The notes under the pieces: model-generated
The model's database searches: none
What the model saw: only the letters and a program-made list of their open reading frames with translations
What the model was told of the DNA's origin: nothing
Part shown: positions 50,099 to 59,768 of the stretch, in pieces
Numbering within the stretch: position 1 is the first letter of the stretch
Layout: the number at the start of each line of letters is the position of its first letter
Translations under genes and position numbers: made by a program
Source: an uncultured candidate division Zixibacteria bacterium
GTDB lineage: Bacteria; Zixibacteria; MSB-5A5; UBA10806; 4484-95
Assembly (NCBI GenBank): GCA_963668625.2
Contig: CAXXKA010000001.1
Span: forward strand, 612,582-676,581
DNA length: 64,000 nucleotides
Direction of reading: 5' to 3'

Positions 50099-51394
50099 AT
50101 GAGAATAAAACTGGCATTGATAATGGTTTTTATTATAGCTGCTCTTGCCTGGGGGCAGGTAGGTATTCGTCCGGCGGCTTTTAATGTCGATTTTGCCTCG
50201 TTTGCATCAGACAGCGCCGGCTATAATTCGTTCGAAGCATACTACCAGGTTTACTCGGCCCATTTACTGCATGTACGCGAGGAAGGCAAATACGTTGCCA
50301 ATTACTCGGTTACAGCGATCATTAAGGATGGCAAGAAACAGATCGATGCCAAAGAGATCGAGGAAACTGTCTATGCCGAAAGCTATGAGGAAGCGCATAA
50401 TCCCAAAAACTATATTATCAACTCGTTCAAGTTTTATTTAGAGCCGGGTAAATATAAAATAGAGGTTACCCTTAACGATCTTAACGCCTCATCCTCGATA
50501 CCGCTTAAAACCGAGATGACTCTACCCGAGTACGCTAATGATCGACCGATGATTTCACAAATAATGTTTGCCAGACAGATACACGAAATAGATGAGCCAA
50601 CAGGATTCGATAAAAACTACTGGCGAGTGATTCCCTCATGCTCCCGTCGTTTTGGCGATGGTATCAACTGGGTGAAATTTTATTACGAACTGTATAATGG
50701 CAGGTTGATTCATCAAACTGAATTTACATTTGCCTATGAAATACGTGATCGTAAAAATAAGGTAAAAAGCTCTTTTTCGGTTACCAAACCCAATAACGAG
50801 GTCAACGCTTTCGTCGACTCGATTCAACTTTCAGACCTTAAGCCCGGCAACTACGATCTCGTTGTTTATACTCGTGATAGCAACGGCGAATTAGTCAGTC
50901 GAATCGGCAGTTTCGCGGTGCATTGGACTGCTCTGGAGCTTGTGGAGAATGATTTCAACAGCGCTTTACAACAGCTAAGGTATATAGCTAACTCCCGGGA
51001 GATAGATTTGTTGAAAAAAACTCCCGAGGAGGAGCGGACGAATGCCTGGAATAAGTTCTGGAAATCGAAAGATCCCAGCCCGGATACCGATATTAATGAA
51101 CTTAAAAATGAATATTATCGCCGGATTGCCTACTCCAATCGTACCTACGATATGCCCAATAAAGAGGGCTGGCGAACCGATATGGGGATGATACATGTGA
51201 TAAACGGCAACCCGGACGATATCGAACGTCACCCGTTTGATATCGAGACAAAACCCTATGAAATCTGGTACTATTATAATCCCCGCAGACGCTTTCTTTT
51301 TATTGACGTGAACGGCTACGGAGAGTATGTTCTGCAATACCCTTATGACGGGGATGTGAATAAACGAATAAATATCTATGGAGGAGGTCCATGA
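50099..51394 (+). CDS. Secreted GWxTD-domain protein
   Basis: Signal peptide; FW...DPSPDT..NE...EYYRR..Y.N, GWRTDMG...G.PD and EIWYY motifs. Confidence 0.88.
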   Translation: MRIKLALIMVFIIAALAWGQVGIRPAAFNVDFASFASDSAGYNSFEAYYQVYSAHLLHVREEGKYVANYSVTAIIKDGKKQIDAKEIEETVYAESYEEAHNPKNYIINSFKFYLEPGKYKIEVTLNDLNASSSIPLKTEMTLPEYANDRPMISQIMFARQIHEIDEPTGFDKNYWRVIPSCSRRFGDGINWVKFYYELYNGRLIHQTEFTFAYEIRDRKNKVKSSFSVTKPNNEVNAFVDSIQLSDLKPGNYDLVVYTRDSNGELVSRIGSFAVHWTALELVENDFNSALQQLRYIANSREIDLLKKTPEEERTNAWNKFWKSKDPSPDTDINELKNEYYRRIAYSNRTYDMPNKEGWRTDMGMIHVINGNPDDIERHPFDIETKPYEIWYYYNPRRRFLFIDVNGYGEYVLQYPYDGDVNKRINIYGGGP

Positions 51395-52794
51395 GCAAGT
51401 ATCTGGCAGTCATATTAACTATCGTAATGGTCGGAACAGGGGCTGCTAATCTTCTCTATACGCATAGCTCCGGCGATCTTATGATCTCCGGTGACTATGC
51501 TTGTTTCAAGTATTCCGAGCAAACAGAGTACGTACATACGGAAATTTATTACAGCTTGCTGCGAAAGCAGTTCTCATTTCAGCCCGATAGCGCCGGTTAT
51601 TATGCCAAATTGAATATGTTCGTTGAAATAAAAAACGATTCCGGCATTGTTGTAGATTCCAGCAACTGGATGATCGGCAATTGGATCGAGACGATAGCTG
51701 AAGCGGAAGTATCGAATTATCTGATAAACGATATGCTTTCCGCCCAGCTCAAACCCGGCTCTTATTTTATCACCCTCAAAGCCGAGGATATCAACTCGGA
51801 TTATACGGGTGAACTGGTTATCGATGTCAAGGTACCATCATACCCCGATGATGATCTGAGTATAAGTCAGATCGAACTTGTTTACTCGATAGATAAACCT
51901 GACAGTGGTAATTTCGATAAAGCCGGCAAAAAGCTTATTCCCAACACCAGGGGGGTGTTATCTCGGGATGATAATTTTCTTTATTTCTATGCCGAGGCAT
52001 ACAACCTGAGCACGGATAGCGAAACATACTCGGTGAATATCCGGGTAATAGATGGTAATGGGATGATCTATAAAAAACTCCCTCCTATGACTCAGATGGT
52101 ATCTGCTAAGTCGGAGGTAGTGCTAAACGGTTTTAATATCTCGGAGTTCCCGGTTGGACAGTATCGTCTCCAACTGGAGCTGGTGTCCGGCGAACAGGCC
52201 GTGACCACCGAGAAAGCTTTCGATATCATACCCGGAAAGTATGATTGGCTGGTCGCCCAGGAGAAACGCGAACTTTCGGATTTTCCGGAGGCATTTCAGA
52301 TTACTACCGAGGCGGAGGTTAAAAATTTCCGCAACCAGATACTCTATATCGCCAGTCGCGAGGAACTCAGGCAGTATGATGAATTGCCGCTGGATGCGAA
52401 GAGCAGGTTTGCCGAGGCTTTCTGGCAGCGTCGGGATCCCTCGCCGGATACTCCTATCAACGAATATAAATTGGAGCATTATCAACGCATAAGATATGCC
52501 AACGAGGCTTATTCCACATTCCGTTCGGAGAACTCTGAAAAGAACGGTTGGAAAACGGATCGAGGCCGTGTCTATATAGAATATGGACCGCCCGATGATA
52601 TAGAAAACCATCCATCCTCACTGGAGGAATTGCCCTGGGTGCAGTGGTTTTACGATGATGTTGATGGCGGTTCGGAATTCATTTTTATCGATGATGCCGG
52701 TTATGATGATTACCGTTTAATTCATTCCACAGCCAGGGGAGAGCATAAAAACGATAATTGGTCGGATTTAATCAGGCCGACTTCAGCGTATTAA
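51391..52794 (+). CDS. Secreted GWxTD-domain protein (second)
   Basis: FWQRRDPSPDT..NE and GWKTDRGRVYIEYGPPD motifs; 4-nt overlap with the upstream gene. Confidence 0.88.
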   Translation: MSKYLAVILTIVMVGTGAANLLYTHSSGDLMISGDYACFKYSEQTEYVHTEIYYSLLRKQFSFQPDSAGYYAKLNMFVEIKNDSGIVVDSSNWMIGNWIETIAEAEVSNYLINDMLSAQLKPGSYFITLKAEDINSDYTGELVIDVKVPSYPDDDLSISQIELVYSIDKPDSGNFDKAGKKLIPNTRGVLSRDDNFLYFYAEAYNLSTDSETYSVNIRVIDGNGMIYKKLPPMTQMVSAKSEVVLNGFNISEFPVGQYRLQLELVSGEQAVTTEKAFDIIPGKYDWLVAQEKRELSDFPEAFQITTEAEVKNFRNQILYIASREELRQYDELPLDAKSRFAEAFWQRRDPSPDTPINEYKLEHYQRIRYANEAYSTFRSENSEKNGWKTDRGRVYIEYGPPDDIENHPSSLEELPWVQWFYDDVDGGSEFIFIDDAGYDDYRLIHSTARGEHKNDNWSDLIRPTSAY

Positions 52795-52841
52795 GTGTTT
52801 ATCTGTACTGACTGTAGGAAGTTGAAGAAATTTAATTAGAT

Positions 52842-52869
52842 GCCTTCGGGAATAAACCGAAGGTTTTTT
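52842..52869 (+). terminator. Terminator after the GWxTD pair
   Basis: Stem CCTTCGG/CCGAAGG followed by a T-run. Confidence 0.7.
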
Positions 52870-53169
52870 ATGGATAAAAATAGCTTCCAAATAATTGGAA
52901 TATTGCTATCATATATATTGTAATCTACTGAAATGCAACATATTGTGTTCTCATGGGCGGGTGAAACGAAAAGCTATCCATCAACTGGCGCCCCCCCGGT
53001 AAGGTACCAATGTTTTACGAGCCGTTGATATGCATAAACTTCTGAAAAGCAGAATATATTAATGACGGTTAATTATTTCAGAAAACAGGATTAATCTTGA
53101 CGAACACGATATTATTTTAACATTATCTTAAGTTGACTACCGAATTGTATTTGTTTATAATTGCCCATC

Positions 53170-53904
53170 ATGATTAAAACCGTAAATCTTTCAAAGTCAT
53201 TTCACGATAAAAAACGCGGTGAAATTAAAGCCGTTAATAATGCCTCTTTCGAGGTATATCCCGGCGAAATATTCGGCCTTCTGGGCCTTAACGGCGCCGG
53301 TAAGACCACTACGTTAAGGCTATTAGCGGGTATACTCGAACCCGATTCCGGTATTGCCTTAATTGATAATATCGATGTAGTTAAAAGTCCGGAGGAGGCT
53401 AAAAGCCACCTGGGATTCATGACCGGCTCCACCGGCTTATATGGCAGGCTCAAAGCATTCGAGATGATTCATTATTTCGGCCGACTGTATGGCATGTCAA
53501 AGGCCGAGACCACTAAAAGAGCCGATGAATTGATCGATATACTCAAACTGAGAGACTTCGCCGAGGTTAAATGCGACAAGCTTTCCACCGGTAACAAGCA
53601 GAAAGTCTCGATTGCCCGAACGCTCATTCATGACCCGAAGGTGATTATTCTGGATGAGCCGACCTCGGGGCTGGATGTTATCACCAGTAGAGCGCTGGTG
53701 GACTTTGTCAACAAAGAGAAAGCCCGTCAGAAAACGATAATTTTTTCAACCCATGTCATGCACGAGGCCCAGAAATTATGCGATAGAATCGGTATTATTC
53801 ATAAAGGCATGATTGTGGCTATCGGCACGCCCGATGAGTTAAATACAAACGCCGGTTGTGACGATCTGGATGATACGTTCGTGAAATTAGTGGAGAGTGT
53901 GTAA
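53170..53904 (+). CDS. natA: NatA-like ABC ATP-binding protein
   Basis: GLNGAGKT, GLYGRL, LSTG.KQKV.IAR...HDP and DEPT.GLDV motifs. Confidence 0.8.
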   Translation: MIKTVNLSKSFHDKKRGEIKAVNNASFEVYPGEIFGLLGLNGAGKTTTLRLLAGILEPDSGIALIDNIDVVKSPEEAKSHLGFMTGSTGLYGRLKAFEMIHYFGRLYGMSKAETTKRADELIDILKLRDFAEVKCDKLSTGNKQKVSIARTLIHDPKVIILDEPTSGLDVITSRALVDFVNKEKARQKTIIFSTHVMHEAQKLCDRIGIIHKGMIVAIGTPDELNTNAGCDDLDDTFVKLVESV

Positions 53905-55094
53905 TGCGGTATATCAAGATAGTATACTTCAAAGAGTTGCTGGATACGATTAGAGACCGTCGCACGATTATTTCGATGATCGTAGTACCGGTTTTCGTCT
54001 TTCCACTTTTAACTCTGGGATTCGCCTCGTTTACCTCTAAAATGGTGGCTAAATCCGCCGAGGAAATTCAACCGGTGGCGGTAATCGGTGCCCAATATTC
54101 CCCCGAGCTTTACGCTTTGGCAGATATCTCGGAGAAGATAAATATAGTAGATATCAATCCCGATTCGATCGAATCCTCAATTAACGATAAGCTGGTACGA
54201 GCGGTTTTGATAATCCCAGAGCACTTTTCCGAACGGATAATTAGCAATGATTCGACCTCGGTTACGATAGTATCCAACGATGCCGATACGAAATCGAATT
54301 TCGCCGCGATAAATGTTCGAAAACTGGTAATGCAATATCAGGAAACGGTAGTTAATAATCGACTGGTAGAACGGGGCGTTGATCCGGCGATTACCGAATC
54401 TTTCGTTGTCGAGGAAAAAAATGTCTCCGAGGAAAAGATGGGCTCTTATTTGCTTTCGATGTTTATCCCGTATATTATCATAATACTGAGTATGGTTGGG
54501 GCAATGTACACCGCTATTGATCTAACCGCCGGCGAAAAGGAGAGAGGTACGCTCGAGACTATACTCGTGAGCCCGATTCCGCGCTGGCAACTGGCAACAG
54601 GCAAATTCCTGACGATTCTGACAACCTCGATCGTCTCTACGGTTATGGTGTTGGGCAGCATGTCGGCAACAATGTTTTTGGGGTTGATGTCCTCGCCGGG
54701 GATGGATGAGTTCGCTAAATTCGAGATCACGCCTTTGATGATCTTTATAATTTTTCTAATGATGATTCCCACCGCCTGCTTGCTTTCCGCCGTGATAATG
54801 TCCATAGCCATGTTCGCTAAATCGCATAAAGAGGCTCAAAGCTATGTATCCCCGCTGATGTTTATAGTGATATTACCCTCGATGGTCTCATTCATGCCGG
54901 GCGTGGAATTGAATATTCAACTGGCGTTCGTTCCATTAGTCAATATTTGTCTCAGTATCAAGGAAGCCATGATGGGCAGTGTCAACTGGCTGTATATAGC
55001 GATTATTTTCATCTCGACTGTCATCTATGCGGCGTTTGCCATATTCGTGACACACAGATTATACGAAAAAGAGAGCGTACTATTCAGAACGTAG
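53904..55094 (+). CDS. natB: NatB-like ABC permease
   Basis: KEL.D..RDRRT, AIDLTAGEKERGTLE and AKS.KEAQ motifs. Confidence 0.8.
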   Translation: MRYIKIVYFKELLDTIRDRRTIISMIVVPVFVFPLLTLGFASFTSKMVAKSAEEIQPVAVIGAQYSPELYALADISEKINIVDINPDSIESSINDKLVRAVLIIPEHFSERIISNDSTSVTIVSNDADTKSNFAAINVRKLVMQYQETVVNNRLVERGVDPAITESFVVEEKNVSEEKMGSYLLSMFIPYIIIILSMVGAMYTAIDLTAGEKERGTLETILVSPIPRWQLATGKFLTILTTSIVSTVMVLGSMSATMFLGLMSSPGMDEFAKFEITPLMIFIIFLMMIPTACLLSAVIMSIAMFAKSHKEAQSYVSPLMFIVILPSMVSFMPGVELNIQLAFVPLVNICLSIKEAMMGSVNWLYIAIIFISTVIYAAFAIFVTHRLYEKESVLFRT

Positions 55095-55103
55095 GTTCCT
55101 TTT

Positions 55104-56873
55104 ATGACTGACGAAAACGATAAAACAAGAGGCTATAAAAACTACTCTTTCGAGCGTTTGCTGATCGAGGCATCCCATATCTTAAACCAGGATCTCGAGT
55201 TGGCCGCTTTGTTGAAAAATATCCTGCGTATCCTCACCGATTATCTCGAGGCGGAGGCATCTGCCATTCTCATAATGTCTAATACCGAGCATCTATCCGA
55301 GCTTTTCACGTTCGTAACAAACAAGGATATCGTACATAGCGTTGATGTCAAGGAAGAGGAGAAGGGCATTGCTCGTCTGGTGTTCGAATCCAAGAAGCCG
55401 GTTATCGAAAACAGTTGTAAGCTCGATAAGGGATTGAAAGATTCTTTAGACAAGAAAATCGGCATTGATGTCAGAAATATCATGGCCGCACCTATCATGC
55501 GTAAGGGAAAACAACATGGCGTAATCGAGGTGTTCAACAAACTCGATGGCTCCGATTTCGATGATAGTGACCTGGAGATAATGAACGCCCTGGGAGAGCA
55601 AATCGCCCTGGCGATTGCCAACGCCAAGTTGATACATCGTTCCCGCAGGAGAACAGCCGAGGCCAAAAGCTTGATCGAGATCGGTAAACTTCTTTCGGGT
55701 ACGCTCGAACTGGAGGAGTTATTACAAGTCATAGTCGAACAAGCGAGCAAACTTATCAATGTAGATATAGCCACGATATACATAGTCGATCCGCATGATG
55801 TATCGATTAAGGACATCGTAACCCGTGGCGTGCCGGATGATTTGAAATCCAGGTTGCCAATGAAAATCGGCGAGGGGATATGCGGCCAGGTGGCTAAAAC
55901 CGGCGAGACAGCGGTTATAAATGATGTCACCAGAAACCCGCAGTATATATCCCTGTGTGGGGAGATTAAAAGCGAGGCTGCTTTGCCGTTAAAATCGCAA
56001 GGCAAGGTTATCGGTGTTTTCGATGTCGAATCCGAGAAGCTAAACGCTTACAGCCCGGATGATATCGAGTTGTTGGAAACATTGGCCAGCCAGGCGGCGG
56101 TATCGATCGAACGAGCGATGCTCTACCAGCAGGCTATCGAGCAGAAAGCTTTCGAGGATGAGTTAGCGATTGCCAGGCGTATTCAAAAAACTTTTCTGCC
56201 TAAAGTCAATCCCCAGTTGCCCGGATTCGATATCGCCGGCGTGAATATTCCCTCCGAGGCGGTTGGCGGTGACTACTACGATTTCATCAATATCGTCGAA
56301 AATCAAATAGGCGTTGCCATCGGTGATGTTTCTGGGAAGGGAATAGGGGCCGCCTTGATCATGGCCGCCTTTCGCGCCTCGCTAAAAGCCGAGATACGAA
56401 ACAACTATGCTATCCGCACGATTTTCGGTAAAGTGAACTCGCTTCTATTCGAATCAATCGAGAGAGCGAATTACGTAACCGCGGTTTACGGAGTACTCGA
56501 TACCAAGAATAGGGTGTTCACATTTTCGAATGCCGGCCATAATCCGCCATTACTTTTGAAAAGCAACGGCGAGGTGATAGAATTGTATGAGGGGGGGCTG
56601 GTGCTGGGCATGTTCCCCGATTCTATTTACGAGGAGCGGCCGATATATATAGATCGCGGAGATATACTTCTATTTTACACCGATGGCGTAACCGAGGCAC
56701 AGGATATAGATGATCGAGAGTTCGGAACCGAAAGGTTAAAAAAACTCGTTTTAGAATTAAGGGAAAATAACGCCAATGAAATAATCATTTCAATTATCGA
56801 TGCTGTGAGGAAATATAAAGGCCTGAACCAGCCGCTTGATGACCTGACGATGATTTTGATTAAATGCCTGTGA
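55104..56873 (+). CDS. GAF-GAF-PP2C (RsbU/SpoIIE-like) phosphatase
   Basis: Two GAF domains; VGGDYYD, GDVSGKG, NAGH, YTDGVTE and DDLT motifs. Confidence 0.92.
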   Translation: MTDENDKTRGYKNYSFERLLIEASHILNQDLELAALLKNILRILTDYLEAEASAILIMSNTEHLSELFTFVTNKDIVHSVDVKEEEKGIARLVFESKKPVIENSCKLDKGLKDSLDKKIGIDVRNIMAAPIMRKGKQHGVIEVFNKLDGSDFDDSDLEIMNALGEQIALAIANAKLIHRSRRRTAEAKSLIEIGKLLSGTLELEELLQVIVEQASKLINVDIATIYIVDPHDVSIKDIVTRGVPDDLKSRLPMKIGEGICGQVAKTGETAVINDVTRNPQYISLCGEIKSEAALPLKSQGKVIGVFDVESEKLNAYSPDDIELLETLASQAAVSIERAMLYQQAIEQKAFEDELAIARRIQKTFLPKVNPQLPGFDIAGVNIPSEAVGGDYYDFINIVENQIGVAIGDVSGKGIGAALIMAAFRASLKAEIRNNYAIRTIFGKVNSLLFESIERANYVTAVYGVLDTKNRVFTFSNAGHNPPLLLKSNGEVIELYEGGLVLGMFPDSIYEERPIYIDRGDILLFYTDGVTEAQDIDDREFGTERLKKLVLELRENNANEIIISIIDAVRKYKGLNQPLDDLTMILIKCL

Positions 56874-56898
56874 TTTTATTCCTGGAAAGGATATTATA

Positions 56899-57903
56899 AT
56901 GAGATTTCGTTGTTTATATTTCTGCATCATTTTGTTTTTGTTGGTAGTAAATATATCATCAGGGGAAATTATGACATCATCAGAATTTCTTCAAAAAGCC
57001 GATTCGGTGTTTAAGGCCCGCGATTTCGAGCAGGCAATGACTTTATATACACAGGCCTCGAAAAACGCGGAGCAGGAGGGGGATACCAGCGTTCTGGTCG
57101 AATCATACTCGCAAATCGCCAGATGCCACTTGAAGAATGAAGATCATGAAAAATGCGCCGAATGGCTTGAAAAGGCTAAAGCTCTGGCCTCTGCCGATTA
57201 TCCAACCGGATGGTCGCGTTACCTGGGTGTACGGGGACGGTTGGAATGGCAGAAAGCCGCGCGTGAGGCCGGGGAACCTGATCCGGTGGTGGATAAAGCC
57301 CGTGAAACTTTTGAAGAAATGTACGATTACTGTATGGCGCACGATTTGTACGAGCGGGCTATCGATGCCGCGCATATGGTAGCTATCGTAGGAAATCTCG
57401 AACAACGTCTGGCCTGGGGTAAAAAGGGTATCGAAGCTGCTGAAAAAGGCGATATTAATGGCTGGTTACCGGCGCTATGGAATAATCACGGTTGGAATTT
57501 AGACGATGCCGGTCGTCACGAGGAAGCGCTTGCGGCGCTTAAAAAAGCCCGCGAGTATCATTATAAAGCTGGAAATGAGCTTTCCAAACTAATTGCAGAC
57601 TGGTCGGTTGGCTATGCTTTTCGGATGGTTGGCGACCTGGATTCGGCAAAAACCTGGATGTTAAAGGTTAGCCGCCAGGCTAATATGCTGTATGAAACCG
57701 ATAAATCCGGTACGAACGCGGAATGGGTTGGATATTCGAGCAAAGAACTAGGCGAAATCGCTCTGGCTGAAAACAACAAGCCCTTGGCACTGGAGATGTT
57801 TACCCGGGCCGAGAGAAACTTGAAACAGGCGGGAATGCCCGATTGGGATAAAAAAGGGTATAATGAACTGCTTGAAAAGATAAATAGTTTGCACTCCGAG
57901 TAA
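56899..57903 (+). CDS. Secreted TPR-like helical-repeat protein
   Basis: Signal peptide; helical repeats including AIDAAHMVA and LWNNHGW. Confidence 0.7.
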   Translation: MRFRCLYFCIILFLLVVNISSGEIMTSSEFLQKADSVFKARDFEQAMTLYTQASKNAEQEGDTSVLVESYSQIARCHLKNEDHEKCAEWLEKAKALASADYPTGWSRYLGVRGRLEWQKAAREAGEPDPVVDKARETFEEMYDYCMAHDLYERAIDAAHMVAIVGNLEQRLAWGKKGIEAAEKGDINGWLPALWNNHGWNLDDAGRHEEALAALKKAREYHYKAGNELSKLIADWSVGYAFRMVGDLDSAKTWMLKVSRQANMLYETDKSGTNAEWVGYSSKELGEIALAENNKPLALEMFTRAERNLKQAGMPDWDKKGYNELLEKINSLHSE

Positions 57904-58109
57904 TAATTTATCCTGTTATATATATTCACACTGTATGATTATTATCATTATTAATTCTTATATTATCCAAGTAATTATAGGTTTTTTAGGGTTTGTTATG
58001 TTAGATATTATAACAATATGATTTTTCCCATATATCCACTAAATTGTCATGAAAATGTAACCTTCTGAATTATAGTAGGTTAGATTATTAGTGAAATGGT
58101 TTATATTAG

Positions 58110-58125
58110 TGGCATGAATGTTGCA
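58110..58125 (+). promoter_or_regulatory. Sigma-54 (-24/-12) promoter
   Basis: TGGCATGAATGTTGCA, i.e. TGGCA-N6-TTGCA with exact GG-N10-GC spacing. Confidence 0.7.
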
Positions 58126-58134
58126 ATTATGTAA

Positions 58135-58206
58135 AACTGAAGTTTGTTTCTCTCCCCTCAGTTACTTTGGGTAAGGGCCGTCAGAATTGGCGGCTCTTAT
58201 TGCTTT
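58135..58206 (+). ncRNA. Candidate sigma-54-dependent small RNA
   Basis: Stem AACTGA/TCAGTT with a CTCTCCCC loop, then a 12-bp hairpin TAAGGGCCGTCA/TGGCGGCTCTTA and a T-rich tail; no ORF. Confidence 0.5.
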
Positions 58207-58316
58207 AATGGAGTTAATTTAAATAATGAAGGTAATTAAGCAGATAATAAAACCTGAATGTTTATTCTGATTTAATAAGTATATAAATGTGCATAACCGG
58301 GTTTGTTTAATTGAGT

Positions 58317-58345
58317 TTGACATGAGATTGTTTTGTTAGTATTAT
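58317..58345 (+). promoter_or_regulatory. Sigma-70 promoter for the C5-epimerase-like gene
   Basis: TTGACA-17 nt-TATTAT. Confidence 0.65.
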
Positions 58346-58375
58346 TTAATCAATATATATATTTAGGAGGTTTTA

Positions 58376-59329
58376 GTGAATTATGTTAATGCAAGAGCAT
58401 CAGTGTTTAGTTTATTGTTAGTAGCGGGTTTATTATTAATTCCTTTAAGCTGTGCTGAAAACAGTCCGGTTGATCCAGAAACTGTAGATATTGAATGTAA
58501 TACAGGAAACTATAATATTGCTAGTATTGAATTTGATGAAAGATATCATTATTTTGCGACAAATATACCATTAGATTTTAATTTTCCTCATGATACTAAT
58601 GGAATTGTCCTAACTGAAATTGATGGCGTTTATTACTATCATCCATATACTATAATACGTCGTGGTTTGATGTATATATCCGGGTATTATAATACTGGGG
58701 ATTCTGCGTATCTTGATCTGGCTCGTACTTACTCTAATAAACTATTGGAATTAGCAACGAGAGCCAATGGAGGCATATATATGAAATATAACTTTAATTG
58801 GCGATTACACACACCATTTAGTGATTTTATGATGGCTCCCTGGTATTCGGGGGTTGCCCAGGGATTGGCATTAAATTTCTACTCGAAGTATTACGAGGTA
58901 ACAGGCGATCAATATATCAAGGCGATTGCAGACAGTGTTTTTAACACTTTTACATTTATCGATACATCCGCCGCTATATGGACTGCTGCTGTTGATTTGA
59001 ATGGGTATTACTGGGTTGAGGAGTATCCATTCAAACCGTTTGATCATGTGTTTGGTGGCTATACTAATGCTATTCTTGGATTGTTTAATTATTATCAGAT
59101 ATCAGATAACTCACTCTGTGAAAAGCTCTTAAGGGCGTCTCTACTTACGATCAACGATCATTTTGACGAGTATCGTAATCCCGGTGATGTTGCATATTAT
59201 TGTTTATTGCATAAAGTACAATACGGTGAATATCAGGATTTGTATGTGAGGCGATTAAGGTTTTTAGCTCTGATTGCTGATGATATTACATTTGATATGT
59301 ATGCGGATTCCTTAGCCGCTGACTATTAA
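58376..59329 (+). CDS. D-glucuronyl C5-epimerase C-terminal-domain-like lipoprotein
   Basis: Lipobox PLS-C; PWYSGVAQG, WVEEYP and HVFGG...LGL..Y motifs; SD AGGAGG; visibly AT-rich. Confidence 0.75.
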   Translation: MNYVNARASVFSLLLVAGLLLIPLSCAENSPVDPETVDIECNTGNYNIASIEFDERYHYFATNIPLDFNFPHDTNGIVLTEIDGVYYYHPYTIIRRGLMYISGYYNTGDSAYLDLARTYSNKLLELATRANGGIYMKYNFNWRLHTPFSDFMMAPWYSGVAQGLALNFYSKYYEVTGDQYIKAIADSVFNTFTFIDTSAAIWTAAVDLNGYYWVEEYPFKPFDHVFGGYTNAILGLFNYYQISDNSLCEKLLRASLLTINDHFDEYRNPGDVAYYCLLHKVQYGEYQDLYVRRLRFLALIADDITFDMYADSLAADY

Positions 59330-59469
59330 TACCAGAAAACTTGTCTATTTAATCGTAGGTTTATATTGTATAAACTATGGTAGATAATATACGTAAACAG
59401 CCGATATATTTAATAAAATAAGTTATTGACTTATGGGAAATAAACGATTAAACTGATGAGCTATAGTAT

Positions 59470-59546
59470 GGGCCCATAGCTCAGTTGGTTAGAGCAACTG
59501 ACTCATAATCAGTGGGTCCCAGGTTCGAGTCCTGGTGGGCCCACCA
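59470..59546 (+). tRNA. tRNA with CAT anticodon, most like tRNA-Ile2 (lysidine)
   Basis: GGGCCCA acceptor stem, CTGA-CT-CAT-AA-TCAG anticodon arm, GGTTCGAGTCC T-arm and encoded CCA; TTGACT-17-TAAACT upstream. Confidence 0.92.
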
Positions 59547-59550
59547 ATGA

Positions 59551-59627
59551 GGGCAATTAGCTCAGTTGGTTAGAGCGTTCGGTTCACATCCGAGAGGCCA
59601 CTGGTTCAAATCCAGTATTGCCCACCA
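59551..59627 (+). tRNA. tRNA-Val (CAC)
   Basis: GGGCAAT/ATTGCCC acceptor stem, anticodon loop TT-CAC-AT, GGTTCAAATCC T-arm and encoded CCA. Confidence 0.93.
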
Positions 59628-59723
59628 TTGAAAACAAAAACGGCAGGAAAGAGAGGCGGATGAATCCTTTATGTCTCATAAAAAAAAACTATTCATCCCC
59701 GTTGTTAATAAAAAGCTATGTTA

Positions 59724-59752
59724 TGGTGTGTCTGTGTGGCACACCTTTTTTT
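59724..59752 (+). terminator. Terminator/attenuator between the tRNAs and the zinc-ribbon gene
   Basis: Stem GGTGTGTC/GGCACACC followed by a T-run. Confidence 0.7.
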
Positions 59753-59768
59753 GTTTGAGGGATAATTT

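Noticed and set aside
55241-56005. 254-aa antisense ORF and many similar shadow ORFs (e.g. 6441-7026, 1398-1859)
   Set aside because: Antisense to well-supported genes; a by-product of codon bias.
57904-59627. tRNA-anchored genomic island or prophage
   Set aside because: No integrase and no duplicated tRNA end (att site) visible; only an AT-rich composition.
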